64,000 nt of DNA from Octopus vulgaris (taxonomy: Eukaryota), in the NCBI GenBank assembly GCA_951406725.2, contig OX597826.1, forward strand, positions 1,984,001 through 2,048,000. Direction: 5' to 3'. The translations under genes and the position numbers were made by a program. The notes under the pieces are model-generated. The model saw only the letters and a program-made list of their open reading frames with translations, was not told the origin of the DNA and searched no databases. This document shows, in pieces, positions 43,602 to 59,013 of this stretch. How positions within the stretch are numbered: the stretch's first letter is position 1; the number at the start of each line of letters is the position of its first letter.

Positions 43602-44608
43602 TAAGAATAATAACAATAATGATAATAACAACAACAACAGTAATAATCGTAATAAAAATAATAACAATATTTCAATTTAGTTGGATGCAATCGCAGGAGG
43701 AATAGATGCCAAAAACGAAAGTTATTTCGTTTTAATTTTTTGCCTGAACTAACATTTTCTCTACATGTTAATTCGCCGATCAAACCAACACCTTGTCGTC
43801 ACATGTTGAGGTCTGTGATTTAATAGCTTCATTTGCCATCTTCTTTCCTTCTTTTCTTCTCTCCTTCGTTTCTTTTCGTTTATTGTTTTCGTTCCGATGC
43901 GTTTTTATTTTCATTATATATTTCGTTTTAAATTTCTGTAGCTTACTTTTCTTTTATAATTATCATATAAACTTATATATATATATATGTTTGGTGTTAG
44001 TTTTTACTTCTGAGCAGTTTTTAATTTTCTTCTTCTTCTTCTTCTTCTTCTTCTTCTTCTTCTTCTTCTTCTTCTTCTTCTTCTTCTTCTTCTTCTTCTT
44101 CTTCTTCTCAGTTACTTTTCTTCTTTATTCCTGCCCCTCTTTCCTTCCCCCTTTCGCTCTTTTTCATATCTTTATTTAACACGTTTCAAGAATACAGCGT
44201 TCGCATGGTAAAACGCTGCACTGAAGTGTGAATATTTCGATTGAGTCGTTCATTTTATACGCCCTGGGTTATGAAACAAACGAATTTCTCCCAACATCCG
44301 TTCACACACGGTATTGAGAAACTATTTAGAAAAAGAGAGGAAAATTTGAATTAATCATATACGCACACACACGCACACACACACACACACACATATACTA
44401 AAATTAATCACACGTACTTACAAAGAGACTAGTACAGACACACACACACACACACACACACACCAGAAAATACATACATACAAGACACAGGCAATCATGC
44501 ATGCATGCCCGCACGCGCAGATCTACACACACATACACACAATACAAATATGTATATATAAATATATATATGTACATATATATGTATATGTGTGTGTATA
44601 TATATATG

Positions 44609-44642
<34 letters not shown>

Positions 44643-44934
44643 TATATATATACACATACACACATTTATATAGAGAGAGTATATATCTATGCATATATAT
44701 ATATATATACGTATATTATATATGTATATGTGTATATATATAAATGTAAATACGTAAGTTTTATAATATATACACGCACGCACACACACACACGCACTCA
44801 CACGCGCATATATATATATACATATATAGATGCAAAATGTGAAAATATACGAGGTCAGACAGAAATAGACATCTATACGTAAGCAAAATATACATTTTCA
44901 TACATACATGATTATACTACACACTTACATACAT

Positions 44935-44985
<51 letters not shown>

Positions 44986-45164
44986 CACAAACACACACAT
45001 GTTTATATGTACATATGTAAATTTGTATATATATGCATATATATCATATATGTATGTATGCATATATATATATGTTTATATATGTATATGTGTATACATA
45101 TGTATAAATGTATATATGTATATATGTATATATATATGTATATATATATATATATATGTATGTA

Positions 45165-45220
<56 letters not shown>

Positions 45221-45553
45221 TATATATAAACACGCTCACGCGCACACGCATATATCTAAGTGCCAAACACATATCTATATAGATATAAAACAAAACTAAA
45301 CAGGAAATGAAGACAAATAAAATATACTAAAACAACATAATAAAAATAAAAATAAAAATATAGGAAATCAAAGAAAACAACAAAATCAATAATTGCTAAA
45401 CAAAACACAACAATAAGGACAACAATATCGCAAACTAACGTTTATAATAATAATTAACAAAAATACTTGTTTGTGAAGATTAATAATGATGTTAATAATG
45501 ATAATAATAATGATGATGATGATGATAGTAATAATAATAATAATAACAATAAA

Positions 45554-45636
<83 letters not shown>

Positions 45637-45799
45637 TAGTAAAAATCGTGATGACGATGGTGATAATGAAGATAGTGATAATGATAAAAAATAACATTAA
45701 TAATGATAGTAGTTGAAGCAGCAGCAGTAGTAGTAGTAGTGGTAACGATTTCTTTTACTATAATAATATGAATAATCATGGCAGTTTTAATAATAATGA

Positions 45800-45837
<38 letters not shown>

Positions 45838-46180
45838 AAATTGACGATGATGGTGATGATGTTGATGTAGATAAATAAAAGAATAGTAGTAGTAGCAGTA
45901 GTAGTAGTAGTAGTAGTAGTAGTAGGTATATAAAATCATTAAAGATGCGGAATAAATGTTCATCAAATGATTTGCTTACTTTTTATTTATTTTAAATTTT
46001 TCATTTTTTTTCTTCAATTTGCTTTTGCTTATATTTAGCGATAAATTTCCCAGCGTTTTGATGAGGTAATCATAAAACTTACACGCGTTTTCCGCATCGC
46101 ACAAACGCACACGCATAGACACACATACACACATACACACACTCTCTATCTCTGTCTCTCTTTCTCTCACACACTTACAC

Positions 46181-46248
<68 letters not shown>

Positions 46249-46295
46249 GTTTGTATATAAATTTCTGTCTATTTATCTATCCATCTATCTATCTA

Positions 46296-46374
<79 letters not shown>

Positions 46375-46375
46375 G

Positions 46376-46406
<31 letters not shown>

Positions 46407-46544
46407 GTCTATCTATCGATCGATCGATCCCATTACCTATCTTTCTCTCTTTCTCCATAGGCAAAAGAATAAAAGTGCCCAGCACGTTTACAACATTTAA
46501 TATTTGTGTTAAAAAGTTTCATAACTTAGACATGCATTACTTAC

Positions 46545-46657
46545 AGTTTCGCAGACGCAAATATCACCTCGTATCTTATGTACATACGAAGTGAATCATT
46601 AGCTTTTGTCACAATAAATATTGACTGTTTATCAGATATTGAGCTGCAAATTTTTCG
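46545..46657 (-). CDS. Candidate internal exon (phase 0 to phase 2)
   Basis: rc: tatctttctatttactAG / RKICSSISDKQSIFIVTKANDSLRMYIRYEVIFASAK + CT / GTAAGT. The end phase fits exon 25551-25654. Confidence 0.2.
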
Positions 46658-46734
46658 CTAGTAAATAGAAAGATATAACCATTCTTATTCTTGCATTACC
46701 TAACATTACACACACTCACACACACACAAATATG

Positions 46735-46813
<79 letters not shown>

Positions 46814-47019
46814 TGTGTATGTATGTGTGTGAGTGTGTATATATTTACGTGTAGTACTATAATGAATGTATTTATATTTAAAGGGAATAGTTAAATATTT
46901 TGCAAAAATGTCATCCCTTAACTGGTTTTTCACGCTGGCTACTTGATGAATTCTTATATAGATTTTATGCTCATATTTAATATGTAAAAGAAGAAAAGAA
47001 TACATATATATATATGTAA

Positions 47020-47057
<38 letters not shown>

Positions 47058-47099
47058 ACACACATATACACACACATGTACACATACATGTACACATAT

Positions 47100-47248
47100 A
47101 CGACGGGCTTCTTTGAGTTTCCGTCTACGAAATCTACTCACAAGGCTATAGTAGAAGACACTTGCCCAAGGTGCCACCCAGTGGGATTGGACCCGGAACC
47201 ATGTGGTTCGTAAGCAAGCTACTTACCACACAGCCACTCCTACGCCTA
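47100..47248 (-). mobile_element. SINE family A 5' half
   Basis: rc GGCGTAGGAGTGGCTGTGTGGTAAGTAGCTTGC...CACCTTGGGCAAGTGTCTTC. Confidence 0.85.
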
Positions 47249-47744
47249 TATATACATACATACATATATATATATATACATACATACATATATATACGTG
47301 GATGTGTATGTGTAATATATATTTGAAACAGAATATCCGATTGTATGTTCAGTGACTAGCAAAAAAGCTTAGTTTTTCCTGTATTTGTACACTCATTGGT
47401 ATATACAAAACTACAGAGAACAAAACCTTACACGACAGCCGCCATGTTTCAAAAGACGTTTCGTATTTCTTTGCACCAATTATCGAGAAAATTTTACACT
47501 ATTTAACTGTTTATGTTTTTGAGATACTTGGCATGAGTGAGTGTCCTTTGTATCCAGATTAAAACATATATTGTTTATTATACTGGATTTTCCTGTATCC
47601 TGTCGTACGTTTGAAAATTTATCCGAAAAAATAAGAAAAAAAAACAAGAAATACAGAAACAAGAGAGGAACAAGCAACATTTAAGAGGAAGAACACCAGA
47701 CAAAAGGATATAAATATTTTTCAAAATAATGAAGAAAGATTACC

Positions 47745-47788
47745 TGATGATGATGATGATGGATGATGATGATGATGATGATAAATGG

Positions 47789-47852
<64 letters not shown>

Positions 47853-47857
47853 AAATA

Positions 47858-47925
<68 letters not shown>

Positions 47926-47974
47926 AAATATGGATGATGATGATGGTGATGATGATGATGATGATAATGATAAA

Positions 47975-48018
<44 letters not shown>

Positions 48019-48023
48019 AAATA

Positions 48024-48067
<44 letters not shown>

Positions 48068-48240
48068 AAATATGGATGATGATGATGATGATGATGATGA
48101 TAAATATGGATGATGATGATGGTGATGATATTAATGATGATGATAATGATAAATATGGATGATGATGATGATGATGATGATGATTATATTAATGATGATG
48201 ATAATGATAAATATGGATGATGGTGATAGTGATGGTGATG
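47745..48240. repeat. Compound minisatellite (GAT)n-AAATATG
   Basis: Recurrent GATAAATATGGAT spacer between variable-length GAT runs. Confidence 0.9.
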
Positions 48241-48422
48241 GTGTTGGTGGACTTCCGTGTGTGAATATAACGTAAAGGATGTTTATATAGTTACATATGT
48301 CTGTATGTCTGTAGACATCTCTTCACATTTACATACCTATACACGTGCATCCATGTGCACGTACGTGCATATGATTAGATGCATGTATAGAGGCATATAT
48401 GCTAAGTATATGCGTGTGTGTG

Positions 48423-48460
<38 letters not shown>

Positions 48461-48465
<5 letters not shown>

Positions 48466-48733
48466 CGTGATCACCGTGACCGACCAGGCTATCAGATGTT
48501 GCTACAATCACTGGTCACCATGCGCTTCGCATTGTTTTAGTCATCAATGGCTAAGCGAGCAGGCCAACAGAAGAAAGGGTGAGGGAAAGTTGTGGGGAAA
48601 AAGTACAGCAGGGATCGACAACACCCCCTGCCGGAGCCTCGTGGAACTTTAGGTGTTTTCGCTCTATAAACACTCACAACGCTCGGTCTGGGAATCGAAA
48701 CCGCGATCCTAACCACTAGGCCATTGCGCCTCC
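48461..48733 (-). mobile_element. tRNA-derived SINE; same head as 51425-51552
   Basis: rc GGAGGCGCAATGGCCTAGTGGTTAGG..GGTTTCGATTCCCAGACC. Confidence 0.8.
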
Positions 48734-49046
48734 ACACACACACACACATATACATATACATACATATATATATATATGTATATATAATCTTCAGTAAATG
48801 TGAGTGGAGTGTTATAAACATCTACACTGCAAGAAATGTAGGTGTTTCTAACACCCTGCTTACATTTAGTGGGGATTATAGTTTTCCTTTTAGGTGAAAC
48901 ATTGCACACTGCCGTCTATTTTAATTATATGTGTGTGTATGTTTGTAGATATGTAAGTAGTTAGTTGTGAATATTATACACTCACACAAATATATATATA
49001 TATATACATATATATAAGTATACATACATACATATATATACATACA

Positions 49047-49081
<35 letters not shown>

Positions 49082-49123
49082 GTATATATATATATATTAG
49101 ATAAATAGGTAGTTCGTTGTGAA

Positions 49124-49165
<42 letters not shown>

Positions 49166-49431
49166 TGGTCACAGAGACAAACACATCCATACAGATATAC
49201 AGACAGAGGGAGAATCACAAACACATATGTTTCTTAGTACGTATGTATGTGTAGGTGCGAGTATGTAACGCACGCTTATGGGTGTAAATAAAATGCTGTG
49301 GACGGCTTATTTGTTTATAATCAACAGCACATTTAGAAACGATGCACCCGGTGGCTTTCTAATATCTTATTCAAAATTTCAATTACCTGGTGTTTCTACA
49401 AAATTACCAAACACATACATACATACATACA

Positions 49432-49465
<34 letters not shown>

Positions 49466-49607
49466 CACAATCATATATACTTACATACATACATACATAC
49501 ATACAAGCATACATGCACGCACACACACACATATATATATATGTCTGCAAACAAATGTATAAATATATATGCCTGCATACCTATACACACACACATAAAA
49601 GAATGAA

Positions 49608-49662
<55 letters not shown>

Positions 49663-50014
49663 GTATATATGCCTGTGTCTATGTATATATGCTTCAAAAC
49701 ATATATCTGTGCATACATCTGACATAATATGTATGTGAGTGTATGTATGTTTGTTTGTATATCTTCATCAATATATTACCTCAGTGCATGTCTGCATTTA
49801 AAATAATTCTTCATAGGCGCAGGAATGGTTTTGTGGTTGAGAAATTCGGTTCTCGACTATGCGGTTTCCATTTGAGTAAGCGCCTTTCACAAGACCGCAA
49901 CGCTGACTAATTGTTTGCGAGTGAATCTGGTGGGCGCAAACTGAGTACAAATCCATTTATGTATGTATTTATATGTATGTATATATCTTTCTCTTCACAT
50001 ACGTACATACATAC

Positions 50015-50228
<214 letters not shown>

Positions 50229-50287
50229 CAAAATCTGTTTCAACACACGACTTCACATAAAAAATCTTGCACAACAAATATTTAAAC

Positions 50288-50353
<66 letters not shown>

Positions 50354-50761
50354 TACTTTATTAATAATGTTGCAAAGATATCACAAAAACTGTTACTCGG
50401 AGTTTTACGCTCCTATTCGCGAGGAGAGGTCAAGTGTTTATGTCTTTGTTCGACTATTAAATTGTAATCTCTTTCTCTCCCCCCACCCTGTTTATGCGTG
50501 TATGTTTCTCTCACTCTCTCTTCCTGTTTCATGAGTAATGCTGCGATAGCGTGGTGTCCCGTCCAGCTGGGGAGGAACACATAAGCCACAGAAACCGGGA
50601 AACCGGGCCCATTAACCTGGCTACGCTTGAAAAGGACGACGTTATATATATATATATATATATATATTTATAATAAGAGTAGATCGTATACGAGTGGGTA
50701 TATATTTGTAAAAAAGAAGTTTGAAAACGCCACTATATTAGATAAATTTTAATATTCTTAT

Positions 50762-50810
50762 AAATTTTACATGTTTCGGTTCTTGAAAAAACGAACCTCA
50801 TCAAAAATAT
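50762..50810 (-). ncRNA. Type I minimal HHR with C3U change
   Basis: rc: ATTT-TTGATGA-GGTTC...GAACC-GAA-ACATGT-A-AAAT. Confidence 0.65.
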
Positions 50811-51054
50811 TATACAAAGTGAAAATTGAAAAGTTCATAATCGTTTCTTACTGTTAATCGCTATATTCCTGTTGAGTGTATTGAAGAAGTCCATTATTGT
50901 TTCTTGCTGGTATTAAAAGGAACCGCTTTTTTGTTACTTTGTGGTCCAATGGTAGCAACTATATATATATCTATATATATATGTATATATTTATACATAC
51001 ATAAAGTATAAATAAATGCATGAGTTAAGTCGAATGGACATCCACAATTAATAA

Positions 51055-52692
51055 TTCTTTATATTATAGGCACAAGACATGAAATTTGACGGGAGGGGCA
51101 AGTCGATTTTGGTGTGGAGGGGTTTATGGACCCCAGTGTTCAACTTGTACTTAATCTATCGACCCCGACAGGATGAAAGGTAAAGTTGGCCTTGGCGTAA
51201 TTTGAACTCAGAACGTTGCGGCAGACGAAATACGGCTACGCATTTCGCCCGGCGTGCTAACGTTTCTGCCAACTCGCCACCTTATTCACATTTAATAATC
51301 CTTTCTACAATTGGCACAAGGCATGAATTTTGGCGGGAGGAGTAAGTCGATTAAATTTCGTCCGACCTACTAAGCATTTCGTCCGACGTACTAACGATTC
51401 TGTTAGTTCGCCGCCTTATTCACAGCCGGAGCCGCGTGGGGCTTTTAGGTGTTTTCGCTCAATATACACACACAACGCCCGGTCTGGGAATCGAAACCGC
51501 GATCATCCGACCGCGAGTCCGCTGCCCTAACCACTGGGCCATTGCGCCTCCACACACACACACACACGCACACACATATATTATATACAGTTTATAATAA
51601 TAAATTCCGCATGAAATTGTCATAATTTCCTCTATACTTCGACTAACTAAACAATCACTGCGTTTTCTTCGAAACTCTGGCACTGTGCCTTCATTTGCAA
51701 TTCAAATATGTTGAAAGCAGTGCAGTACCGCTTTGTGGAACAAGGTAATTCTATGTCCACTCCAGACGTAGATGTCACTTACACTTTGACTTGTAATTAA
51801 CCTTTTTAAACAATATATTGGTAGATTATCAAAATGTATTTTGAATCGTTTATAATTAGGTTACAATTTATATAGTTATTTTCTTTTCCCGTGTATCGCC
51901 GTGTACATAAGGCAGCCGCCTGGCAGAAACATTAGCGCGCTGAGCAGATTGCTTAGCGGCGTATCGTCCGTCTTTCATCATTTTGGGGGTCGATGAAATA
52001 AGAACAAATTGAACACTGGGGTCGATGTTATCGATTTAACCCCTTCGCTTAACATTGCTGGCCTTGTACCAAACTTCGAAACGTATGTATCAATACATGT
52101 AAAGAAGTGAACTGGCAGAATCGTTAGCACGCCGGACAGAATGATGAGCGGCACTTCGGGGACGTAAACAAACCAATAACAGTTGTCAAGTGGTAACGGT
52201 TGAGAAAGGCACACACACGCACACACACACACACACAAACATGCACACCGACAGACAGACACACACATACTTACGCACGCACACAAACTCATATCTATAC
52301 ATAAGACGAACCTGTTTCATTCAGTTACCTATTTCTTTATTGCCCACAAGTGGCTAAACATAGAGGGGACAAACAAGGACAGACAAAGGGATTAAGTCGA
52401 TTTCTTCGACACCAGTGCGTAACTGGTACTTAATTTATGGACAACGAATGGATGAAAGGCAAGGTCGACCTCAGTGGAATTTGAACTCAGAACGTAACGG
52501 CAGACGAAATACCGCTAAGCATTTCGCCCGGCGTGCTAACGTTTCTGCCAGATCATTCAGTTTCCGTGAATCAAATTGACGGTTAAGGCTTTGGTCGGGT
52601 CGAATCGATAGTAGACGGTGCCACGCAGTGGGACTGAACCAGGAAACGCTTCGTTGGGAGCAAACTTCTTATTACATAATCACGCCTGCGTC
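51055..52692. mobile_element. Cluster of at least six SINE copies (families A, B, C) on both strands
   Basis: B(-) 51055-51420, C(-) 51425-51552, B(+) 51905-52150, B(-) 52328-52552, A head(-) 52555-52692. Confidence 0.75.
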
Positions 52693-52780
52693 TATAAACA
52701 CTCACAAAAAAAACACACTCACGCACACACACATATAATATATATGTGTGTGTGTATGTGTATATGTATGAGTATATATC

Positions 52781-52876
<96 letters not shown>

Positions 52877-53284
52877 ACTGATATCATAAGTCATCCGTAC
52901 CTGAATATTAGGAAACTTATAGTATATGATATATCAGAAATACAATATAAGTAATATATACCATAGAAAAATTACATATCACAAAATCTCGTCATTTCAC
53001 ATATATCATTTGATAAACATCGCTGTATGCGATATAAGATATAATTTTAGCGAAGTAGAAGAAGGCGCTTTGCATAAAACACCCGCCTTTATAGTTTCGT
53101 TAGATGATAAATAGTTTCGCTAGTATTTCATATTTCATTCAATCGAAATTTATAATAGGAGAATAAAGGAAACAGAGAGAATCCAAGAATAACGAAAAAA
53201 ATCGTCTTTGTCATTTAGCGCATTTTATCCTTTATCATTTACACGTTTCTGTCTTTGGAGTGCTATCAGCATCCAAAACTGAAT

Positions 53285-54100
53285 ATTAAACTTACAGGAT
53301 ACACCGGTCCACAGCGAATTTCAATCCCAGAGCCTAAGTCTGTGAGGGACCTGGGCATCGACATGTGTGATGATACCTCTTTCCAAGTGCACATTACCAG
53401 GATGGCGACAAAGTGCAGACGACTGGCTGGGTGAATCCTAAGAACATTCAGAACCAGAGATAAGGAAACCATGATGGTCCTCTGGCGGACATTCGTCCTC
53501 AGCCGCCTGGATTACTGCTCACAGCTATGGTCACCCACCAGTGTAAAATTAACAGCGGACCTTGAAGCAACCCAGAGACGATTCACAAAGAAGATCGTCT
53601 CTTTGCAACAGCTCAGCTACTGGGAAAGGTTGAAACAGCTAAGACTCTACTCCCTGGAGAGAAGACAGGAGAGGTATGCAGTAATATATGTCCTGGAAGA
53701 TCCTGGAAGGAATTGTGCCAAATTTTGGCATTGTAAGCTACACCAATGCTAGAACGGGACGACACTGCATAGTGCCAAAGATCCCAGCAATGCCATCACG
53801 CTTCAGGACCAGCTTCTGCAACAGCCTGGGTTTCAAGGGCCCACAGCTTTTTAATATTCTCTCAAAGAGTCTGAGGAACTTGCACAAAGTAGATGTAGCG
53901 GTTTTTAAATCAAAGCTGGACATCTTCCTGTCGAGAGTCCCAGATGAACCTACCTCACGGGAGGAGGTGCAAATGAGTGTAGCTATATCAAACTCCATTC
54001 TTCACCAAGTGCCACATATTAGATGAGGTTCTTCGCAATAACAGTGTAGCACAAATCGGCGGTGCATCAGCATGGCCACAGCTCTGAGCTGAAACTAAAG
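53285..54100 (+). mobile_element. 5'-truncated CR1-like LINE
   Basis: SVRDLGI, LSRLDYCSQLWSP, LEATQRRFTK, SYWERLKQLRLYSLERR and FKSKLDIFLSRVPDEP, with one stop and one frameshift. 3' tail at 54058-54100. Confidence 0.93.
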
Positions 54101-55094
54101 AAAAAAAAATATATATAGATATATACTTACACACATATATATATATTCCTTGCCTATTTTTTATTGTAGTAATTTGACTTACAGCTGTTTCTATTCGTCA
54201 TTATAGATTCACTATTGATTGGTTGATTCAATCGGCCCATTGATCGGTTGAGACAAATGGAACGACCTTGAGAATTAATGCTACTTTTGTGCGAGTAATT
54301 TTGCTCTTCCGACGTGCTGCACAACGAGGCTGAACCCGAAACTACGCAATTTCAAAATGTATTTTTTTTCACCCAAATAGTAATGCCAACGCCTACACAC
54401 TTGCATACTTTACTTATAAATGCCTAACTCTATACTGAGATCCATGTAGTAAACGACTAAAATATTTGAAATCTAGACCTCGTATTTCATATGATTAGCA
54501 AGCGTCAGTTCGTATGAGAAAATCTTAAAATTATCAGAAGGAAAAAAAAATAGTAAGATAAATAATATCTAAATATGTTGTATCTACGGACATAGAAAGG
54601 AAATATAATAGTAAAGCTGGGTTCTTGGTTGTGCATAAATGTACGTAATGACATAAAACTCAATGAAAAGGTTAGGGCAAGCATTTGCAAAGCTAACATG
54701 GTATAAAAAGAGTGTTTCCTTTCGTAGAAAGCTGAACGGATATGTTAAATCTTGAATGCCAGATGTTTACTGTTAAGAATTACGTAGTTTTTGGTGGTTT
54801 TCTATAGTAAGAACGAATAAAAAAAAAAGAAGAGAATGATTGATTTCTTAAGACTTGCTCTACGCATATAGGTATTTATATAAAGGCAGTACACAAACAC
54901 ACAGAAATTCACACTCGCTCGGGCCTGCGCGCAACCACATGTACATATGCATATCTTTATGTACGTGTATGAATATGTAGGTGTGAGTGTGTATGTGTGA
55001 GTGTATGTGCGTGTGCATGGTTATATCTATAAATGTATGTACATGTACTTCTCCGGTTATATGCATATATCTATATCTATCTATCTATCTATCC

Positions 55095-55148
<54 letters not shown>

Positions 55149-55251
55149 ATATATATATGCATAACGCGTTTACACAGACACACACACATACACACAGACA
55201 CAGACACACACGTAGGTGTATATATGCATATCTTTATACATACATACACAA

Positions 55252-55298
<47 letters not shown>

Positions 55299-56005
55299 CA
55301 TATATAAGGTTTGATCGTGTTTCAGCTGTGCATATATGTTTTTATATACATACACACACATAAGATTTGATCTAGTTTTAGCTGTGTGCATATATTTATA
55401 TATACATACACAAACATACATACACACACACACAAACACATACATATATATATGTACATACATGCATACTCGCACAAACATATATATATATATATACACA
55501 CAAATACATTTTTGATAATTGTCTTTCGTGTACAGCAGAAGCTGATCGTAAAACAGAGACGCTCCAACACAGATTCTCGTCGGCCATCTTAGATTTCTGA
55601 TACTCCTTAGTTAGCATCACACCTGGCACTCGAAGCAATAACAGCCTTCATTTTCAGCTTTTACACACGCAAACACATGCATACACACACACAATCAGGC
55701 ACAATCATGCACATACACATACACACACACATTTATGAAATCCACATCGGATGCATACATCTGCTTCGTATACATACAAAATCGCATGCGTGCATACATT
55801 ACATATGTGTACATACATACAAACATACATCTATGCATACATGCATACCTACATACATGTATGTATGTATGTATGTATGTATGTATGTATGTATGTATGT
55901 ATGTATGTGTATTTGCATGTATGTATCTACCTATATGTCTATCAACCTACCCACCCACCGCCCTGCTTACTCACCTACCTTCCTACCTACCTACCACCTA
56001 CCACC

Positions 56006-56095
<90 letters not shown>

Positions 56096-56531
56096 GATAC
56101 GTGTGTATTTGTGTATGTGTATGTGTGCGTCCGTATGTCTATGTGTAACTATATATATATATATATGTAACTCATATGCAAGTATAGAAATCTGTCTGTA
56201 TGCATATGTGCGCTTATGTGTGTGTGTGTCTATATGCATGTGTGTGTATGTGTATGTACGTATGTGTGTGTGTATGTGTGTGCATGAGTGCGTGTGTGTG
56301 TGTCTGAGAGTGTTTGTAAATATTCGGTTGCAAAAGCTTCAGACTTGGCAAGAAAGAAAACTAAGAGTGCTCCCCACAGAGGGGTAGACTTTCCAGATAT
56401 AATTATTAAACAGAAAGTTGTTATATTTTGTTACTTTTAATCTCACCTCATCGAGTGTCGAAGGAAAATTGAACAAGCGCAAACATACTTATAAACATAC
56501 AAATACAAACACGCACAGACACACACACTTG

Positions 56532-56584
<53 letters not shown>

Positions 56585-56740
56585 CATACACTAGGTATGG
56601 TAGATGAGTTCAGTAAAAGCTTAGATTCAGATGAATATGGTACTTAATTTGAGGCACCAGAATTTACTATGGTATTATCCATACAATTTCAAAATAAGGT
56701 GATTAAAATCAAAATAAGCAACAAGCAAATCCAGAGGTAA

Positions 56741-56832
56741 TGCAGTACGATCGTTTCATGCGACTCCATTTAATTGAACAATGCAATCATTTCATTACAT
56801 CAATTTAAAATGTAGAGCAATCTTCAGCTGCA
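56741..56832 (-). ncRNA. Type I HHR with long stem II
   Basis: rc: TGCAG-CTGAAGA-[63-nt hairpin]-GAA-ACGATCGT-A-CTGCA. Confidence 0.8.
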
Positions 56833-57869
56833 CAAAGACATAGAATTTAATTAAAATAGAAGGACACATTAGTATAATTTTACCTAAAATCTCCAAGAGG
56901 ATAAGGAGATAAACAAAGAACATGTTCTACCAACATCATAGCTGTAACTTAGCTGCTCCAAGTTACTGAATGATGGATCTTATTGCTGGTGACTATTTCT
57001 TCAAGCCTATAACTAAAGCAATTAAAAGAATAATTAACAACAGAAATCTCTACACTAGAGCCAAGAAGTGCGAGTGAGAGGAGCCGAATGAAAAAACTTA
57101 GGAATCACTCCGTTGGTTTGTTTCCCCGACATGTGTGTAATAAAAGATCAGCTTATCTATTTATCTATTGGGGGAAAAGTTTCCCAGCAGCCTAAGTCCA
57201 GCAAAAGGTATTGTTGTCCTAGACTGTAATAGAAAGCACTTACAAAGAGTGACACGCAGTGGAACTGAACGGGAGACCACGTTGCTGTACAACGTGCTTC
57301 TTAACCATTCACCAATTGCGTTCATTTTTTTTCAAGAAGAATTAGCTGTCATCTAAGTTTGACCGATAATGGCTTCAAATTTTGGCACAAGGCCAGTAGT
57401 GTTTGAGCGGGTGGGGGTGCCTGTCGATTATATCGACCCCCACCAGTACTTAACTGATGCTTATTTCATCGAGCACGAGAGGAGGAAAGGCAGCGTCAAC
57501 CTCAGCGAAATTTGAACACAGAAAATAAAGACGGACGAAATGCCGCTAAGCATATTGTCCGGCGTGTTACATCAATCCCCGTGTGCAAATGGTACTTATT
57601 CTATCGTTCCTGAAAATCGATCTGGGAGGAATTTGAACTGAGAATGTAGACAGACGAAATGATTTTGCTGCCTTTAATGTTTCGAATGTTTCGAATGCCT
57701 TCAGTGTCATTAATAATTAAAGCAGATTTATAATGGGTTAAAATCCCAATGCTTATACCCGTTCAATTTGAAATGTTCTTTGGGTATATCGGCTTCCCTG
57801 GTTACATCCTGTATTTATTTTTCTTTCATCCAGAGGATTTTATTGCAGAAAGCGCAATAAAAGCACGAG

Positions 57870-58430
57870 GATCAAGTGGTATCCACAATGGTTTACTGCT
57901 GCACAACTGGGATGGTGCTGCTGCACAACTGGGACGGTGCTGCTGCTGCTGCTATGCGCACAAATATTCAAAATCAGTGGTTCTCGGCTGCTTTTAATAT
58001 CCGGGCCAGATATTTAATCCGGACTCTTTTTTTTAGACGACCGAACCAAAAAACCAAAATCTATTATATTTATAGACAGAAGACTTCGAGGGCTGCCAGA
58101 AGGATACTTGAGGGCCGTATTCGGCCATTGGAGCCGTTGTTGAGAACCGCTCTTCTTGATCGTATCCAGAAAAGGGTCACTCGATCAACTAACATTCAAC
58201 CACTAACAGGCACGTTCCTGCCTCTGGCACACATAGGTGCCATCTCATCTCAGTATTATTTGTATCGCTATTACGATGACCTCTGTTCTTCAGAGCTGGT
58301 CGTCCTCCTACCACCGATCTCATCGCCTCTTCACTGCTCATCATTCCTGACCTCATACTCACAACAATAGCCACTCCCCACCTCCCCACAACACATTATC
58401 TCTCCGGAATCTTCTTGCTTTTGTCTTTCG
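57870..58430 (+). mobile_element. Degenerate CR1/Jockey-group LINE fragment split by a MITE
   Basis: QVVSTMVYC..HNWDGAA before the MITE, and LLDRIQKR..LPLAH...YLYRYYDDLCSSEL after it. Confidence 0.7.
57975..58152. mobile_element. hAT (Charlie-type) MITE
   Basis: Termini CAGTGGTTCTC / GAGAACCGCT and subterminal GAGGGCCG motif. No clear 8-bp TSD. Confidence 0.6.
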
Positions 58431-58785
58431 AGAATGTTTTAACTTGATTCAGGTCATTCGTGACATTAGTGGAACCAACAATGCTGGTCCAGTGCGGCGT
58501 ACAAAGGCCGTACACACTGTGCTTTCTCCAGAATCAAGAGACAAAAATATATCCATGGAATTGTTTTTTGAAGTTTGGTTATGGAAATATAAAGGCCTAT
58601 AAATAAGAAGCCATTGCGGGATTTGATGTATTAACTGACAAAAAATACAAATACACACACAAACACACGAACACACACACACACTCACGAACACACATAC
58701 ATGCCTATATGTGTATATATATATGTATATATACATATAAGTGCATATATATATGAACGAAACATTTATGTGTACATACACATGT

Positions 58786-58825
<40 letters not shown>

Positions 58826-58962
58826 GTAAATATATATGTACATATATATACATATATATATGTATATATGTATATATATGTACATATATATATACATACA
58901 TATATGTATATATATATATATATGTGTGTATATATATATACACATATATACATACATATATA

Positions 58963-59013
<51 letters not shown>

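Noticed and set aside
47480-47680. 66-aa ORF with signal-peptide-like start
   Set aside because: Hydrophobicity comes from a low-complexity pyrimidine tract, with no other support.
47745-48240. CRISPR-like repeat/spacer periodicity
   Set aside because: The spacers are GAT runs, the context is eukaryotic and there are no cas genes.
54175-54215. Minus-strand GAAACAGCTGTA half-motif; a similar GAAACCGGTT occurs at about 22545
   Set aside because: No matching CUGANGA strand found.
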